From assembly GCA_002633005.1 (NCBI GenBank), contig NMRA01000028.1, positions 1,616,177-1,680,176 on the forward strand: a DNA stretch of 64,000 bases, written 5' to 3'. This document shows, one piece after another, positions 63,283 to 64,000 of this stretch. Numbering within the stretch: the first letter of the stretch is position 1; each line of letters starts with the position of its first letter. The stretch is from Phoronis australis. Its lineage: Eukaryota > Animalia > Phoronida. The translations under genes were made by a program, and so were the position numbers. Under the pieces are notes generated by a model, which searched no databases, had not been told where the DNA came from, and was given only the letters and a program-made list of their open reading frames with translations.

Positions 63283-64000
63283 CGGTAAAGTCGCGTGATT
63301 TTCGGACGGCCCGCCATTTTCGACCAAGAATAAATATTTCCGAAATGAGTTTTTCATAGTCCACGAAATTCGTACAAGGTCCAAAAACTGTTTTTTAATG
63401 ATCTTCGAACTTCGGACAATGTCATAAACGTCGGATTTTTGCCCCGCGACTTTCGGACAAGGGAAATTTTAGAAACGCTAATTTGGGATCGACGCAACTC
63501 CCGTGTCACTAAAGCGTTCAACGGATGATTACTACTCTATAAGGCTTGAATCTGAGAATTAGTGTAACGGGCTTTGTAATTTTTACCTTGTCTTGACGAT
63601 GTCATGACCGTTACTCGATTGTCTTGCGTTTAGCTTGTGTTTGGCGCTTTAGCTATGGAAAGAGTCACCGAGTCCCGCATGACGAAAATTTCTGATGAAA
63701 ATACAAATGGGAAATACACCGAAGGCTGCAATTTTTCGTTGTAGCGTAACATGTGCTCTGGTTTAATTAGACCGTATTGTTCGACTTCGGACTGTGACAT
63801 TGAACTTGCACGCCTGACATCAACTTGCGTGTTTACGAAACGTTTTTATTTTTAAAACGTCCTGGCCTTTGCAAATGCCCTTGTTAGTGGCTAAAATCTC
63901 CGGCGACGTGTCCCGATTTTATTCTTGACGTGATGAGAAATATTTTTTGTTTAGGCCCCCATTCACAATAGGCCACAGCTAAGTCTGTCCGTAGGATATC
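63283..64000. mobile_element. Left part of a Tc1/mariner-type element running off the window
   Basis: TA-CGGTAAAGTCGCGTGATTTTCGGAC terminus, repeated TTCGGAC motifs, CpG-rich; same TIR as 6322-6346. Confidence 0.7.

Noticed and set aside
59644-64000. Further upstream ACTR6 exons
   Set aside because: No ERFxVPE-type ARP6 sequence found on the - strand; they probably lie beyond the window.

Overview
Eukaryotic (animal, invertebrate-like, AT-rich) genomic DNA, not prokaryotic. The + strand carries the 3' part of a large cadherin-23-like gene: 28 GT-AG exons between 54 and 52982 splice into one continuous frame of about 1713 codons. It encodes about 13 cadherin repeats, a membrane-adjacent domain, one TM helix and a CDH23/CDHR2-type tail ending in the PDZ motif -TTEI; its 5' end lies upstream of the window. 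The - strand carries the last three exons of ACTR6 (ARP6), convergent with the cadherin. The introns hold many mobile-element relics: three distinct TTAA-flanked Kolobok-type elements that keep THAP-domain starts, a P-like element, a piggyBac relic, Tc1/mariner-pogo MITEs, a Helentron/HINE-like element with a CTCF-motif-like array, and an element with an internal circle-junction complement. There are also minisatellites, palindromes and a 1.27-kb tandem duplication at an assembly gap. A GC-rich, multi-helix segment in an ACTR6 intron is a candidate unannotated structured RNA or alternative exon. All calls were made by eye, without database searches.
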